From: an uncultured Actinomycetota bacterium
Lineage (GTDB): Bacteria; Actinomycetota; Acidimicrobiia; Spongiisociales; UBA4744
Assembly: GCA_963715305.1 (NCBI GenBank)
Contig: CAVQSB010000007.1
Span: forward strand, 123,693 to 187,692
Reading direction: 5' to 3'
DNA: 64,000 nucleotides
Shown here: piece by piece, positions 17,676 through 27,192 of the stretch
How the letters are laid out: each line of letters starts with the position of its first letter
Numbering within the stretch: the first letter of the stretch is position 1
Translations under genes and position numbers: made by a program
The notes under the pieces: model-generated
Seen by the model: only the letters and a program-made list of their open reading frames with translations
Databases searched by the model: none
What the model was told of the DNA's origin: nothing

Positions 17676-19091
17676 CTAGCCTCCGAATCCCGGCGACCAC
17701 ACCAGTGTGTCGGGATGGAATTGGCTCCAGGCGAACCAGAACGCCTGGTGGCCGGGCAGCCCGATCCCGGTTGAATCGGTTCGCAACCCGCTTCCGTCGG
17801 CGACCATCCTCACCCCGGCCAGCGTTACTTCGTTCCCTGCATCGAGCTCTGCCTTTACCTGCTCAACAGGGAAGGCCAGAAACCGGCCTTGGGCCGTTTC
17901 TACGCCGAGTACCTGGGTCTGCACCGGGAGCCGCGGATCGACGGCTCCGATGGGGAAGATCGGTCCGCCGGCGTCCCGTCCGCCCAGCGGGTCGGCCGGG
18001 TAGGTTCGTCCTAGACCGCCGTCCTGGGCCAGGATGGTGGTCTCGGGATGGGCCGCCCGCCACGCTCCCCATGTCGAGGTCACCACCGATACTTGTTCGA
18101 GTTGCACCCCCGAATCGGCGAGGGACCCCGATACCGCCGTTCCCCGGAACGTATCGATGAGGGAGTAGGTATTGAGATCGAACATCATCTTGTTCGAGCG
18201 AATCAACAATCCGGATGTCCGCAGCAGGGGCAGCTCGATTCCGATCGGTACCGAATCAGTCAGATACGCCTGAGCTGATCCACAGAGCGTGCAGTACGGG
18301 ATTCCCAAACGCCGTCCCCCCAACGTGTCGTTCACCATCTCGTGGATCTCCATCATGTTCTTGGGGTAGGCGCGCGCCTGGCCGTTGAGGACGATTCCGA
18401 AAACGATCGAGTCATCGGGATACCAGGAGCCGGCGGCGGCCGGTGTGGTCTCAGGATCATCGAGGGCAGGGATGCAACCGCGCGGGCAGAGCGACTCGTC
18501 GCCTGCAGGGCGATCATCGATGAATACCCCTCCCCAGCTGACGTAGCGCCAGTCAACGGCGGCTGAATCATCGAAGAACGGCTCCCAACGTGGTTCGACC
18601 ATCGTGAACATGCGGCGCTTGTAGTCCAGGTAGCCCGGTGGGGCGGGCACGTCCCACGTGATGAGCAGGTTGGACGCTTCCACCCAGCCGGACCCCGGCG
18701 GGTCCGAGGTGAGGCTGGTCCCGGTCAAGTCCTCGAAAGCGGCCTCGGCGACGTCCGCACTTGGTCCAACCTGAACAAAACGGAGTAGGTCGGCCAGTAC
18801 CCAGGCAACCCGGATGTCGCCCGATGTGCCGATGCGGATGATGGCGTCCTGATCGATGGTCGTGGCGAGGGTGGTGACGAGGGTTTCGAGATCGTCGCGC
18901 AGGTCCGCGCCCAGAGGGCCAACCGGAGCATCTGGGGCGAGGGGAACGCCCGGCATCGGCGAGATTGGCACGGTGGAGGTTGCGGGCGGCTTCGCTGCCG
19001 GGATGGTGCTCGAGTCTGCGGGTTCGAGTTCCGAGCAGGCTCCGACGAGAAGGAGAAGCCCAATCGTGAGAAAACACCTGTTACGCATCAA
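17676..19091 (-). CDS. Secreted lipoprotein, probably DUF3179-family
   Basis: Lipobox LLLLVGAC. It has Pro-rich linkers. The conserved core (...VLNGQARAYP...EMVND...YCTLCGS...) resembles DUF3179. Confidence 0.55.
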   Translation of the reverse strand: MMRNRCFLTIGLLLLVGACSELEPADSSTIPAAKPPATSTVPISPMPGVPLAPDAPVGPLGADLRDDLETLVTTLATTIDQDAIIRIGTSGDIRVAWVLADLLRFVQVGPSADVAEAAFEDLTGTSLTSDPPGSGWVEASNLLITWDVPAPPGYLDYKRRMFTMVEPRWEPFFDDSAAVDWRYVSWGGVFIDDRPAGDESLCPRGCIPALDDPETTPAAAGSWYPDDSIVFGIVLNGQARAYPKNMMEIHEMVNDTLGGRRLGIPYCTLCGSAQAYLTDSVPIGIELPLLRTSGLLIRSNKMMFDLNTYSLIDTFRGTAVSGSLADSGVQLEQVSVVTSTWGAWRAAHPETTILAQDGGLGRTYPADPLGGRDAGGPIFPIGAVDPRLPVQTQVLGVETAQGRFLAFPVEQVKAELDAGNEVTLAGVRMVADGSGLRTDSTGIGLPGHQAFWFAWSQFHPDTLVWSPGFGG

Positions 19092-19152
19092 GAAAACGTA
19101 CTTGCCGTCGAGGCAGACCGCTTCGAGGAGAGGATTACGAACCGCGAAACAA

Positions 19153-19942
19153 TCATCGGCTCGCAGCGGTATGGAAGCTGTGCGGAGCTAGGACGTCGCC
19201 CGCAACCCATGCAACATCGTCCGGCACTCTATCCGAGATGAGCACACTGCCCCGACCCACGGTAGACAGGGCGGAGTATCCGGAGTTGCCATCGATCAAG
19301 AGCCAGTTGCCGTCCGGTGAGAAACCAAGCGGGCTCCCCGAGATCTCGGCGACAACACACGCACCTCCGGCCAGCGCGCCACACACCGATTCCAGGGCAA
19401 GCGGAGAGGCCAGGACAACCGTGATCGGACCGTTGGGACGGTCGAGCTGAGCCGCCAGAAGTTCGCCGCCCGGCCCGGCATCGGGGTCTGCGAGGATCCG
19501 GCCGCCGGTGATCGGTTCGGTGGACGTGTACACCGACCACTTGTACCAGGTGATGGAGGGGGCGACGGGGAAGAAGGGCGTAGTGAGGAGCGGGCTGTCG
19601 CCCGGCACCTGCCAGATCTGTGCCGAACCGACGTCGTCTGTTGCAAGAACGAAAAGGGTTCGCCGTACCACCCCGACCGCCAGGATGCGCTCGGCATCCA
19701 GGTCGGCGGCGGTGAGCACGGTGTTGATCCCCGCTTCCGGTAGGGAGGGTCTGAATCGCCGAGCCGTCCGGCGTTACATGAAAGACTGTTGCCCCAAGGG
19801 TGCTCAAGGAGCTTCCCTGGGCGACGGTTGCGAAGAGGCCGGCGTCCGGCCCGAAGAGAATGGAGCCGCGGTCGGTTTCGAGGTACCAGCGCGTTGCCTC
19901 CAGCTCACTGGTGGTGAGGGCTTCCCCGTCGCCGGGGCTCAA
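19153..19942 (-). CDS. PD40/TolB-like beta-propeller repeat segments (frameshifted ORFs 19229..19942 and 19153..19719); probably C-terminal continuation of the 21624 gene
   Basis: Repeats of the VTPDGS / FSPDGNWL type. The overlapping ORFs are in different frames. Confidence 0.4.
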
Positions 19943-20091
19943 TGCGACGGCCGGCTATCCAGGCGGCCCCCCGCTCGCAACTGAAGCGTTGTGAGGTTTC
20001 CGAGGAACCTCGCGGCGCATGGAGGTTGAGTGGATTCGCCAGATACGACCGGTCGAGCGGGCTCACCGGCCGCCACGGCAAGAAACGACCG

Positions 20092-21624
20092 TCAATGTCG
20101 GCCGGGGCAATCGTTGCCTGCCGTTTCCGGCGAAGAAGGCTCTCGGATCCGTTCATCGGTTCTGCGGGTCATTGCGCCGTTGCGCAGTTCGACCAAACTC
20201 GGATGTGACGCAGGGCAGGGTGAGCGATCGGCGAGATGGCCGGATCGTACGACGCGTAGCCGACCGAGGATTTCATCACTTCCTCCCAGCATCGTTGCCG
20301 AAGCACGTTCCGGGTCGCCGGACCAGACCTGCAGCCCGCTGGAGTCCATCCAGTACAGACCGCTTCCGTCTCCCGACCAGGTGAAGCCCTGGGCCGGTTC
20401 GGTGGTGAGCAGCTGGCGAGTTGTACCGATCATGGACAGCACGGTCAAACCGTCGTTCCCATCCGGTCCCACCTGCCCCCGCACCGCCAGGTACCGCTTG
20501 AGGGGATCAAAAGCCCCCTCCAGTTGGAGAACCGAACCAGACCCGGACAGATCATTCGCGAAAGGGTCGAGAAGGTCGTCCCACCGGCGCACCACCCGTC
20601 CGGCCAGGTCGCGTAGCTCGAGACCTGCGCTGCCCCAGGCAGCTACCCGGGTATTCGAAACGGCGATCGCTCGTCCCGGCATCGACGTCCGGCTCACGCT
20701 GTTGGTGGCGAGATCCCAGAGGTAATAGCCACCCTGAAAGGCGTTGAGGGCCAGGAGAGACGAGTCGGGTGACCAGGCGAGGGACGCGATGGCTTCCACC
20801 GCGGTCGCCGCCGAGTCCCGGGGTGAGGTGAGTTCGAAGGACGGCGACCCCGCGGAATCGAGATTGGCGCCGATGGTCCAGACGAAGGGAACGCCCGTCG
20901 CATCGATCATGGCCAACCGGGTGCCGTCGGGCGACAGCAAAGGGGGCATGCTCTCCGACCCGGGCCAGAGCAGCAAGGCTGTTTCCTCGGCCCCCGGTCC
21001 GGATCCGATGAGGACCACCCGTTGCCCGGCCCGATCGACGCCGACCAGTCGTCCGTCGGGCAGGGCATCGACGATCACTGTGTCCGGCCCGATGTTGAGC
21101 AAGCCGGGCGTCAGTGATGGTCCGAAGAGCGGCTCCGGTCGGCTGGATGAGAACGAGAACCCGCCCACCCAGGTGCCCGAGGGAGGCCGCCACACATCCC
21201 GGGAGCTACCGGGTGCAGGCACGGTTGTCGTCGTTTGGGCAGTGATGGGAGGGGTCGTCGGGGTCTCGGCTTCGGGTTCCAGGCCTGAAGGTCCGGTGAG
21301 AACGGAGAGGTAGATGATGCCGCCGACCACGATTGCGGCGATGGGGGCCCACCGACCCGGTGCAAGTGGACGCTGGCGACCTCCCGGTTTCTCAACGTGT
21401 CCGGGCAGATCCGCGCCGGACGGTGGCGCCACGACCGGAACCGGTTGGGGAGGCGGGGGCCGTTGGTCGGGTTCGGTGGGCGGGTCGGTCGCGATCTCGT
21501 TGGCCCGGTCCTCGTGGAGTGGTGCAGCCTGGCGGTCGGACGGACGCCAGGTTTCGTTCGTGCAGGTTGGGCAGAGTGGAGATTCCACCGGGGTGTCGCA
21601 TACAAAGCAATAGCGATCTGCCAT
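20092..21624 (-). CDS. Zinc-ribbon (MADRYCFVCDTP...CPTC) - TM helix - Thr/Pro linker - PD40-like beta-propeller protein (N-terminal part; frameshift(s) near 20100-20250)
   Basis: ATG at 21624. There is a TM helix (WAPIAAIVVGGIIYLSVL). WSPDSS/WSGDGS repeats follow. The annotated ORF's first 50 aa upstream of MADRY look non-coding. Confidence 0.6.
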   Translation of the reverse strand: MADRYCFVCDTPVESPLCPTCTNETWRPSDRQAAPLHEDRANEIATDPPTEPDQRPPPPQPVPVVAPPSGADLPGHVEKPGGRQRPLAPGRWAPIAAIVVGGIIYLSVLTGPSGLEPEAETPTTPPITAQTTTTVPAPGSSRDVWRPPSGTWVGGFSFSSSRPEPLFGPSLTPGLLNIGPDTVIVDALPDGRLVGVDRAGQRVVLIGSGPGAEETALLLWPGSESMPPLLSPDGTRLAMIDATGVPFVWTIGANLDSAGSPSFELTSPRDSAATAVEAIASLAWSPDSSLLALNAFQGGYYLWDLATNSVSRTSMPGRAIAVSNTRVAAWGSAGLELRDLAGRVVRRWDDLLDPFANDLSGSGSVLQLEGAFDPLKRYLAVRGQVGPDGNDGLTVLSMIGTTRQLLTTEPAQGFTWSGDGSGLYWMDSSGLQVWSGDPERASATMLGGSDEILGRLRVVRSGHLADRSPCPASHPSLVELRNGAMTRRTDERIREPSSPETAGNDCPGRH

Positions 21625-21697
21625 GGGAAAAGGGTAGTGGGAGCGTCCGCCAAGCCCTGTGGGAGGTGCGAGCAGGGAGTGGAAGGTTTTTGGCGGG

Positions 21698-21732
21698 TGG
21701 TAACTGGTAACTGGTGACGGGAAACGGGAAAC
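21698..21732 (+). promoter_or_regulatory. Heptad tandem repeats (tggtaac)2-tggtgac-(gggaaac)2 occupying the 5'UTR directly before ATG 21742
   Basis: The repeats are read directly from the sequence. No SD-like purine run lies between the repeats and the start codon. Confidence 0.3.
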
Positions 21733-21741
21733 TAGGTCCCC

Positions 21742-22434
21742 ATGCTCCCCATCGCCATCCTGCAGAACGATCAAACTAACCCACCTGGTTTGTTGGGCAC
21801 CAGCCTGGCCGGCCGGAAACTTCCGTTTTCGCTGATCGAAGTGTTTCGCGGTGAGCCGATGCCCGATCTTGCCAAGGTGTCCGGTGTCGTGCTCCTCGGC
21901 GGTTCTATGGGCGCCTTTGAGGAGCAGGTGTACCCCTTCCTGGTCGAAGAAAAGGCCCTGGTGCGGGGAGCGGTTGACCAGGGGCTACCCGTGATGGGTA
22001 TCTGCCTTGGATGTCAGATCGTGGCAGACGCCCTGGGAGGACGGGCCTATCGTGTCGAGCCGCAAGAAGTCGGGCTCATCGATGTCCATGTGACGAGCGC
22101 AGGCGAGCGCGATGCGGTCCTGGCCGGCGTTGCAGGGGTTTTTGCATCCTGGCATCACGACAGCTTCGATCTCCCGTCCGGGGCTACCTTGCTCGCCGAG
22201 TCCCACCTCTACCCCCAGGCACTCCGTTTCGGCTCGGCCGTAGGAGTGCAGTTCCACCCGGAGGTGACGGCCGGGGTACTCGAAGACTGGATCGATTGCG
22301 GCGCGCCGGCTCTCCGCGAGGCGGGGGTCGACGGCGCCGGTCTGCTGCGTGCCTTCCACACCTCCCAGCCCGGCCTGCGCGATCGGGCAGACGCGTTATT
22401 CGGAGCCTGGATCGCTGAAGTGCTGCAAACCTGA
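21742..22434 (+). CDS. Class-I glutamine amidotransferase-like protein
   Basis: GATase1 triad context is present (GICLGCQ, HHD/HPE). Confidence 0.75.
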   Translation: MLPIAILQNDQTNPPGLLGTSLAGRKLPFSLIEVFRGEPMPDLAKVSGVVLLGGSMGAFEEQVYPFLVEEKALVRGAVDQGLPVMGICLGCQIVADALGGRAYRVEPQEVGLIDVHVTSAGERDAVLAGVAGVFASWHHDSFDLPSGATLLAESHLYPQALRFGSAVGVQFHPEVTAGVLEDWIDCGAPALREAGVDGAGLLRAFHTSQPGLRDRADALFGAWIAEVLQT

Positions 22435-23250
22435 TTGGCGGGGAACATCCGGTGCGCCCGACGGGTTCTCCCCTCCGTGGAATCTCCCGATCCATTTCGT
22501 GTTGCCTGGTCGATCTTTCGCGCCCGTCGAGTAGTGCCGCCGCGCACATTCGGAAGCGCTGGAGTCGATCACACCGGGCTGGAACCCGTCCTGGGGGCTC
22601 TCGCCGGTGGCGGCACGCCGGCCCTGGGCCGGGTTCGGCACGATCTCGATCGTTATCTGGCCGGGCTGAGTGTCTTGGATCCAACCACGCTCAGCCGCGC
22701 GGAAGCGCTGGCCTACTGGTTGAATCTCTACAACGCCGGAGCGTTGAAACTGGTTGCACGGGCCTTTGATGAAGGATCTGAGTCGGTCCTGGCTGTGCCC
22801 GGCGGGTTCGACGCGAACGTGGCTGAGATTGCCGGGGAGCGTTTGTCCCTCGATGGCATCGAACACGGCAAGATCAGGCGTTTTTGTGACCCGCGGATTC
22901 ACGCCGCCCTCGTTTGCGGGTCGGTGTCTTGTCCGACGCTGAGGTATGAGCCCTATCGCGGCGACGACATCGAGTCCCAACTCGACGATCAAGTCCGGCG
23001 CTTTCTATCAGCGGGCGGGGCCCGAATCGATGCGGATTCTCGAACCGTCCATCTCTCACGCGTCTTCCTCTGGTACGGGGGTGACTTTGTTCGGCCGGAA
23101 CGTATGCCCACCTGGCTCCCTGCCCGGCGAGGGGCGCTCGTCCGCTCTCTGCTTCCCTGGCTCGACGAACCCGCAGGGTGGCTGGCCTCCGGGTCGGCCT
23201 CGGTTGCATTCCAACCCTACGACTGGGGGTTGCGCTGTTCCGTCGGTTGA
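22435..23250 (+). CDS. DUF547 domain protein (TTG start called by ORF track; true start uncertain)
   Basis: It has ...AYWLNLYNA...HAALVCGSVSCPTL..., characteristic of DUF547. Its 3' end overlaps the convergent 23217 gene by 34 nt, so the end is uncertain. Confidence 0.55.
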   Translation: MAGNIRCARRVLPSVESPDPFRVAWSIFRARRVVPPRTFGSAGVDHTGLEPVLGALAGGGTPALGRVRHDLDRYLAGLSVLDPTTLSRAEALAYWLNLYNAGALKLVARAFDEGSESVLAVPGGFDANVAEIAGERLSLDGIEHGKIRRFCDPRIHAALVCGSVSCPTLRYEPYRGDDIESQLDDQVRRFLSAGGARIDADSRTVHLSRVFLWYGGDFVRPERMPTWLPARRGALVRSLLPWLDEPAGWLASGSASVAFQPYDWGLRCSVG

Positions 23251-23891
23251 GTCAGGCGGAGGCCTAGTACGAGCGCTCCGATCGCCATAATCGCGGCGGT
23301 TATGTCAAAGGGCAGAACGTATCTCCACAAGTCCTGACCGGATAGCAGCCAGCCGCCGTCCGCGGTGAAACCGACAACGTCGAGGTACCGCCAGATCGAC
23401 CAGATGCAGGCCACTGCGAGCATCAAACCGCCCAGCAGGGCCACGCGATCGCCCCTCATCAACCGGACCCCGAACATCAATCCGGCGGTTGCCCAGGCAA
23501 TATCGAGCGCCGACAAAAGCTGGAGAAACTGCAAGGAAGGTTGGTATCCGAGCGCCGCAGACGAGGCAAGAGTCACGAGTGCTACGACCCCGGTCGTCAG
23601 CGCAATGGTCGAAGCCGTCGCTCCGAACCGTCGCCAGAACTCGCTCCTGCCCATTCCGACGAACCACGGCCCGTCGGTGAAACGCGCGAGATCGAGGGCT
23701 AATCCCAAACCGAATGCGACGATCGCTCCAAGATGGAAGGTGACCACCACCAGGAGGCGGTCCGGCTCAGCCTGCGGGAGGGCAACCAGCACGAGAGAAA
23801 CCAGGAGGCCGGCAGCCAGCCAGGGGAGTGATCGGGCGAGAGCTCTCTCAACAGGCGACATGTAGAGAGCGTAGCTTCGAGTTCCGGGCAC
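23217..23891 (-). CDS. Integral membrane protein of unknown function (≥5 TM)
   Basis: It shows a hydrophobic helix pattern and has no recognised motifs. Confidence 0.45.
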   Translation of the reverse strand: MPGTRSYALYMSPVERALARSLPWLAAGLLVSLVLVALPQAEPDRLLVVVTFHLGAIVAFGLGLALDLARFTDGPWFVGMGRSEFWRRFGATASTIALTTGVVALVTLASSAALGYQPSLQFLQLLSALDIAWATAGLMFGVRLMRGDRVALLGGLMLAVACIWSIWRYLDVVGFTADGGWLLSGQDLWRYVLPFDITAAIMAIGALVLGLRLTQPTEQRNPQS

Positions 23892-23936
23892 CAGCCGGCC
23901 GCCCCGACCGAAGCACGGGTTTGCTGGTTGTCGTCG

Positions 23937-24779
23937 TCAGTCTCCCGGGGTTGCCCCACCGTGATCGGCATGTCCGGTGCGGTCGAAGTGCCGGTGCCGG
24001 CCACCCATCGCCTCGTGGTAGGGGTCGTCGAGAACGACGGTTCCATCCTCTGTTGTAATGAGATTGATTCCGTAGGCCTTGGTTAAACACGTGGCCGTGA
24101 GCACTTCTGCCGGGGGACCCGAAGCGACCACCCTGCCCGATAGGAGCACCACGTGATCGGCGCTGGCGGCCTCGCTGAGATCGTGGGTCGTCAAGACCAC
24201 GGTCACGCCACGAGAGCGCTCGACCGCAACGGCTTCCAGGATGCGGTCACGAGACACGATGTCGAGGCCAGTGACCGGTTCATCGAGCAGCAACAGGTCG
24301 GCTTCCTGAGCCAGGCCCTGGGCAACGAAGACGCGTTGGCGCTGGCCACCGGACAGCTCATCGAGGTGGCGGTCGGCAAGATCCAGCACGTCGAGGCGCT
24401 CCATGGCGGCTTTGCAGACGGCGCGGTCTTCGCTCTGGAATCGGCCGAACATCCCGAGGTGGCCGTACCGGGCCATCGACACCACTTCGCTCACCGTGAT
24501 GGGCATCTCCTCGTGAACCTTGGTGGATTGGAGAACGTAGGCAGTACCCCGGTGTTTCGGGTAGCTGACCAACACCCCCAGTTCACCACCGACCGGCTCG
24601 AGCAGACCGCCAATCGCGTGGAGCAGGGTGGACTTCCCGGATCCGTTTGGCCCGATAATGGCCGTCACGGTTCCGGCCGGTATGTCGAGATCGGAGGCGG
24701 CGAGAGCGATGCGGTCGCCGTGAGCGAGTTGCAGTCCGCGAGCGGTGATGGCGATGTCTTTCACCGACATTGGCTGCAC
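23937..24779 (-). CDS. znuC: Metal (Zn/Mn) ABC transporter ATP-binding protein
   Basis: Walker A GPNGSGKST, LSGGQRQR and Walker B are present. It sits in a zur operon next to the divergent znuA-znuB. Confidence 0.7.
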   Translation of the reverse strand: MQPMSVKDIAITARGLQLAHGDRIALAASDLDIPAGTVTAIIGPNGSGKSTLLHAIGGLLEPVGGELGVLVSYPKHRGTAYVLQSTKVHEEMPITVSEVVSMARYGHLGMFGRFQSEDRAVCKAAMERLDVLDLADRHLDELSGGQRQRVFVAQGLAQEADLLLLDEPVTGLDIVSRDRILEAVAVERSRGVTVVLTTHDLSEAASADHVVLLSGRVVASGPPAEVLTATCLTKAYGINLITTEDGTVVLDDPYHEAMGGRHRHFDRTGHADHGGATPGD

Positions 24780-25204
24780 ACTCCTTGCAGGTCCAGCCGG
24801 TGACCCCTGACCGCAAAGTCGAAGCGCTTGCCAACCTCAGCGACGATGTCGGCCACCGCAGCTTCGAGATCAACCGGTACGGCGGCATCGCTGGTCGTCC
24901 CGCACTCGATGCATGTCATGTGATGATGATGTCCGGTCAACCACTCAGCTAGTTCGTAACGGGCGACCCCGGCTTGATCGGGGAAGCGTTCGATTACCTT
25001 GGTTTCCTCGAGAACCGCAAGGGTCCTGTAGAGCGAAGAAAGCGGGATGGCTCCCTCAATGGTTGCGGCGAGATCGGCAGCCGATTGGGGCCCGGGTGAT
25101 CCGCTGAGTGTTTCGACGACCAACCGCCGTGCGGGTGTGAACCGTGCCTGCTTTGACTCGAGGCGGTCCCGAGCGGCCGTGAGCGTTTCGTTTCGTTGAC
25201 GCAT
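24761..25204 (-). CDS. zur: Fur-family zinc uptake regulator
   Basis: Fur fold with HHHHMTCIECG and C-terminal CxxC. It is upstream of znuC and divergent from znuA. Confidence 0.8.
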   Translation of the reverse strand: MRQRNETLTAARDRLESKQARFTPARRLVVETLSGSPGPQSAADLAATIEGAIPLSSLYRTLAVLEETKVIERFPDQAGVARYELAEWLTGHHHHMTCIECGTTSDAAVPVDLEAAVADIVAEVGKRFDFAVRGHRLDLQGVCSQCR

Positions 25205-25232
25205 GGTGCACCCAATGCTACCTTGTATTGCG

Positions 25233-25251
25233 AATGAGAACCATTCTCATT
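25233..25251. promoter_or_regulatory. Zur-box-like palindrome AATGAGAA-cca-TTCTCATT in zur/znuA divergent promoter
   Basis: It is a perfect 8-3-8 inverted repeat. It resembles the actinobacterial Zur box (ATGAnAAnnnTTnTCAT) and lies 2-17 nt upstream of the znuA ORF. Confidence 0.5.
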
Positions 25252-25267
25252 TATGAAGAGAGGGACC

Positions 25268-26209
25268 ATGAAACGGTTCGTAGCGTTGGCAGTGGTTCTT
25301 GCGGCGATTGGATCCGCTTGTGGTTCTGCCGACAGCGGCACCGACGAGCGGCCGCTGGTGATCGCCACCACCACGATCCTCGGCGACCTGGTCGCCAATA
25401 CGGCCGGAGATGCCGTGCAAGTTGAGGTGTTGATGCCGGTTGGTGCCGATCCACACGACTTCGCTCTGTCGGCCCGCCAGGCCGCGCATCTTCGGGATGC
25501 AACCCTGGTGGTGGCCAATGGAGTCGGACTTGAGGAGGCGCTGCTGGATGTGTTGGCTGCGGCCGAGCAGGACGGAGTCGAGGTGATGAGAGTCGGTGAG
25601 CTCCTCAATCCCCAACCGTTTGTGGCAGGACCGACATCCGGCTCGTACGGAGATGTGGAAGGTTCCGGGTCGGATGGAAACGAGCAGGGCCTTGATGCCC
25701 ATGTGTGGATGGATCCGATCAGAATGGTCGATGCCGTCGACCTGATTGCCCAACGTATCAATGCGAGCACCGGTGTCGATATCGCGGCTTCCGCTGCCGC
25801 TTACCAATCCCGGATACTGGAACTCCACGAAGAGATCGTTCTGATGATCGATGGGGTGTCGCCGGAGCGTCGGAAGATGGTGACCAACCACTTCTCCTTT
25901 GGGTATTACGCAACCCGCTATGGGATCACCTTGCTCGGCACGGTGATCCCCACAGCCACAACGGGTGCGGAGACCAGCGCAGCCGACTTCGCAGCCCTGG
26001 TTTCACTCCTCAAGCGCGAAGGAGTATCCGTTGTTTTCGCCTCGGTCACAGAACCTACGACGCTCGCTGATGCTCTCGCCGAAGAGGTCGGCTACGAAGT
26101 GAAGGTGGTCAAGCTCTACACAGGCTCCGTGGGCGAGGCAGGATCGGGCGCCGAGACCTACATCGATATGATGCGCTCGAGTACCCGGCTCATTATCGAG
26201 AACCTGTAA
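25268..26209 (+). CDS. znuA: Metal ABC transporter substrate-binding lipoprotein (ZnuA/TroA family); ATG 25268 preferred over 25253
   Basis: SD AGAGAGGG is at the right spacing before ATG 25268. Signal/lipobox is MKRFVALAVVLAAIGSAC. It has the cluster A-I SBP fold. Confidence 0.8.
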   Translation: MKRFVALAVVLAAIGSACGSADSGTDERPLVIATTTILGDLVANTAGDAVQVEVLMPVGADPHDFALSARQAAHLRDATLVVANGVGLEEALLDVLAAAEQDGVEVMRVGELLNPQPFVAGPTSGSYGDVEGSGSDGNEQGLDAHVWMDPIRMVDAVDLIAQRINASTGVDIAASAAAYQSRILELHEEIVLMIDGVSPERRKMVTNHFSFGYYATRYGITLLGTVIPTATTGAETSAADFAALVSLLKREGVSVVFASVTEPTTLADALAEEVGYEVKVVKLYTGSVGEAGSGAETYIDMMRSSTRLIIENL

Positions 26210-26226
26210 TTGCGGGAGGGATCTGT

Positions 26227-27060
26227 ATGGATTGGCTGATCGACCCGCTCTCCGAGCCGTTCATGCAGCGCGTCCTGGTGGGAAGCGCCCTGGCGGTGAT
26301 GACGGCTTCTCTGATCGGGACCTGGATCGTCTTGCGGGGACTCAGCTTCATGGGTGACGCTCTCGCCCACGGGGTGACACCCGGGATAGCTCTGGCCTTC
26401 GCGCTCGGTTTCAACCTGACCCTGGGTGCCATAGGCGCAGCCGTCGCCATGACGCTGGGGATCAACCTCGTGCATCGCAAGGCCGGTCTTCGTGAGGACA
26501 CCGGCATCGGATTGCTGTTCGTCGGCATGCTGGCGCTCGGCGTCATTATCATGTCCCGCCTGCCTTCGTTCTCCAGCAATCTGGCCACCATTCTGTTTGG
26601 GGACACCCTCGGGATCAGGCGAGAGGACATTGTCGTGCAGGCGGTCGCGGCCGCCGTGACCCTGGTTGTCATCCTGGTGTTCTATAGGGCCTTCCTCGTC
26701 CTCTCCTTCAACGAGGAAAAGGCCGAGATGTTGGGACTACGGCCCCGTCTGGCGCACCTCGTGATGTTGTCATTGCTGACGCTGGCCATCGTGACCTCGT
26801 TCCGGACCGTGGGGACCCTGCTGGTCTTTGCGCTGATCGTTGCGCCGCCGGCCACGGCTTCACTGGTGGTCCGGAGGGTCCCCTCCATGATGGCAACGGC
26901 GGTCGCGTTTGGTTTTCTGGCCGTGCTGAGCGGCCTCTTGATCAGCTGGCATGCCGACACTGCTGCCGGAGCAACCATGGCCGCAATGTCGGTAACGATT
27001 TTCTTCTCCGTGCTGGCCTTGCGAGAGCTCATGAGCAAGAGACGAGTACCGGGCATGTAG
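26227..27060 (+). CDS. znuB: Metal ABC transporter permease (ABC-3 family)
   Basis: 277 aa with 8-9 TM helices and a ZnuB/MntB-like sequence. Confidence 0.8.
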   Translation: MDWLIDPLSEPFMQRVLVGSALAVMTASLIGTWIVLRGLSFMGDALAHGVTPGIALAFALGFNLTLGAIGAAVAMTLGINLVHRKAGLREDTGIGLLFVGMLALGVIIMSRLPSFSSNLATILFGDTLGIRREDIVVQAVAAAVTLVVILVFYRAFLVLSFNEEKAEMLGLRPRLAHLVMLSLLTLAIVTSFRTVGTLLVFALIVAPPATASLVVRRVPSMMATAVAFGFLAVLSGLLISWHADTAAGATMAAMSVTIFFSVLALRELMSKRRVPGM

Positions 27061-27192
27061 GACTGCCGCCTGCCTGGTCAGCGAGAGTCGCATCGTTCTG
27101 AGCTTGAGTGGTGCCGACCTCGGTCGACTAGTTCGTGGTTGATGGCCGCCGACTGGTCACCATTTCTGTGAGGCATCTACCATGGACCCGCT

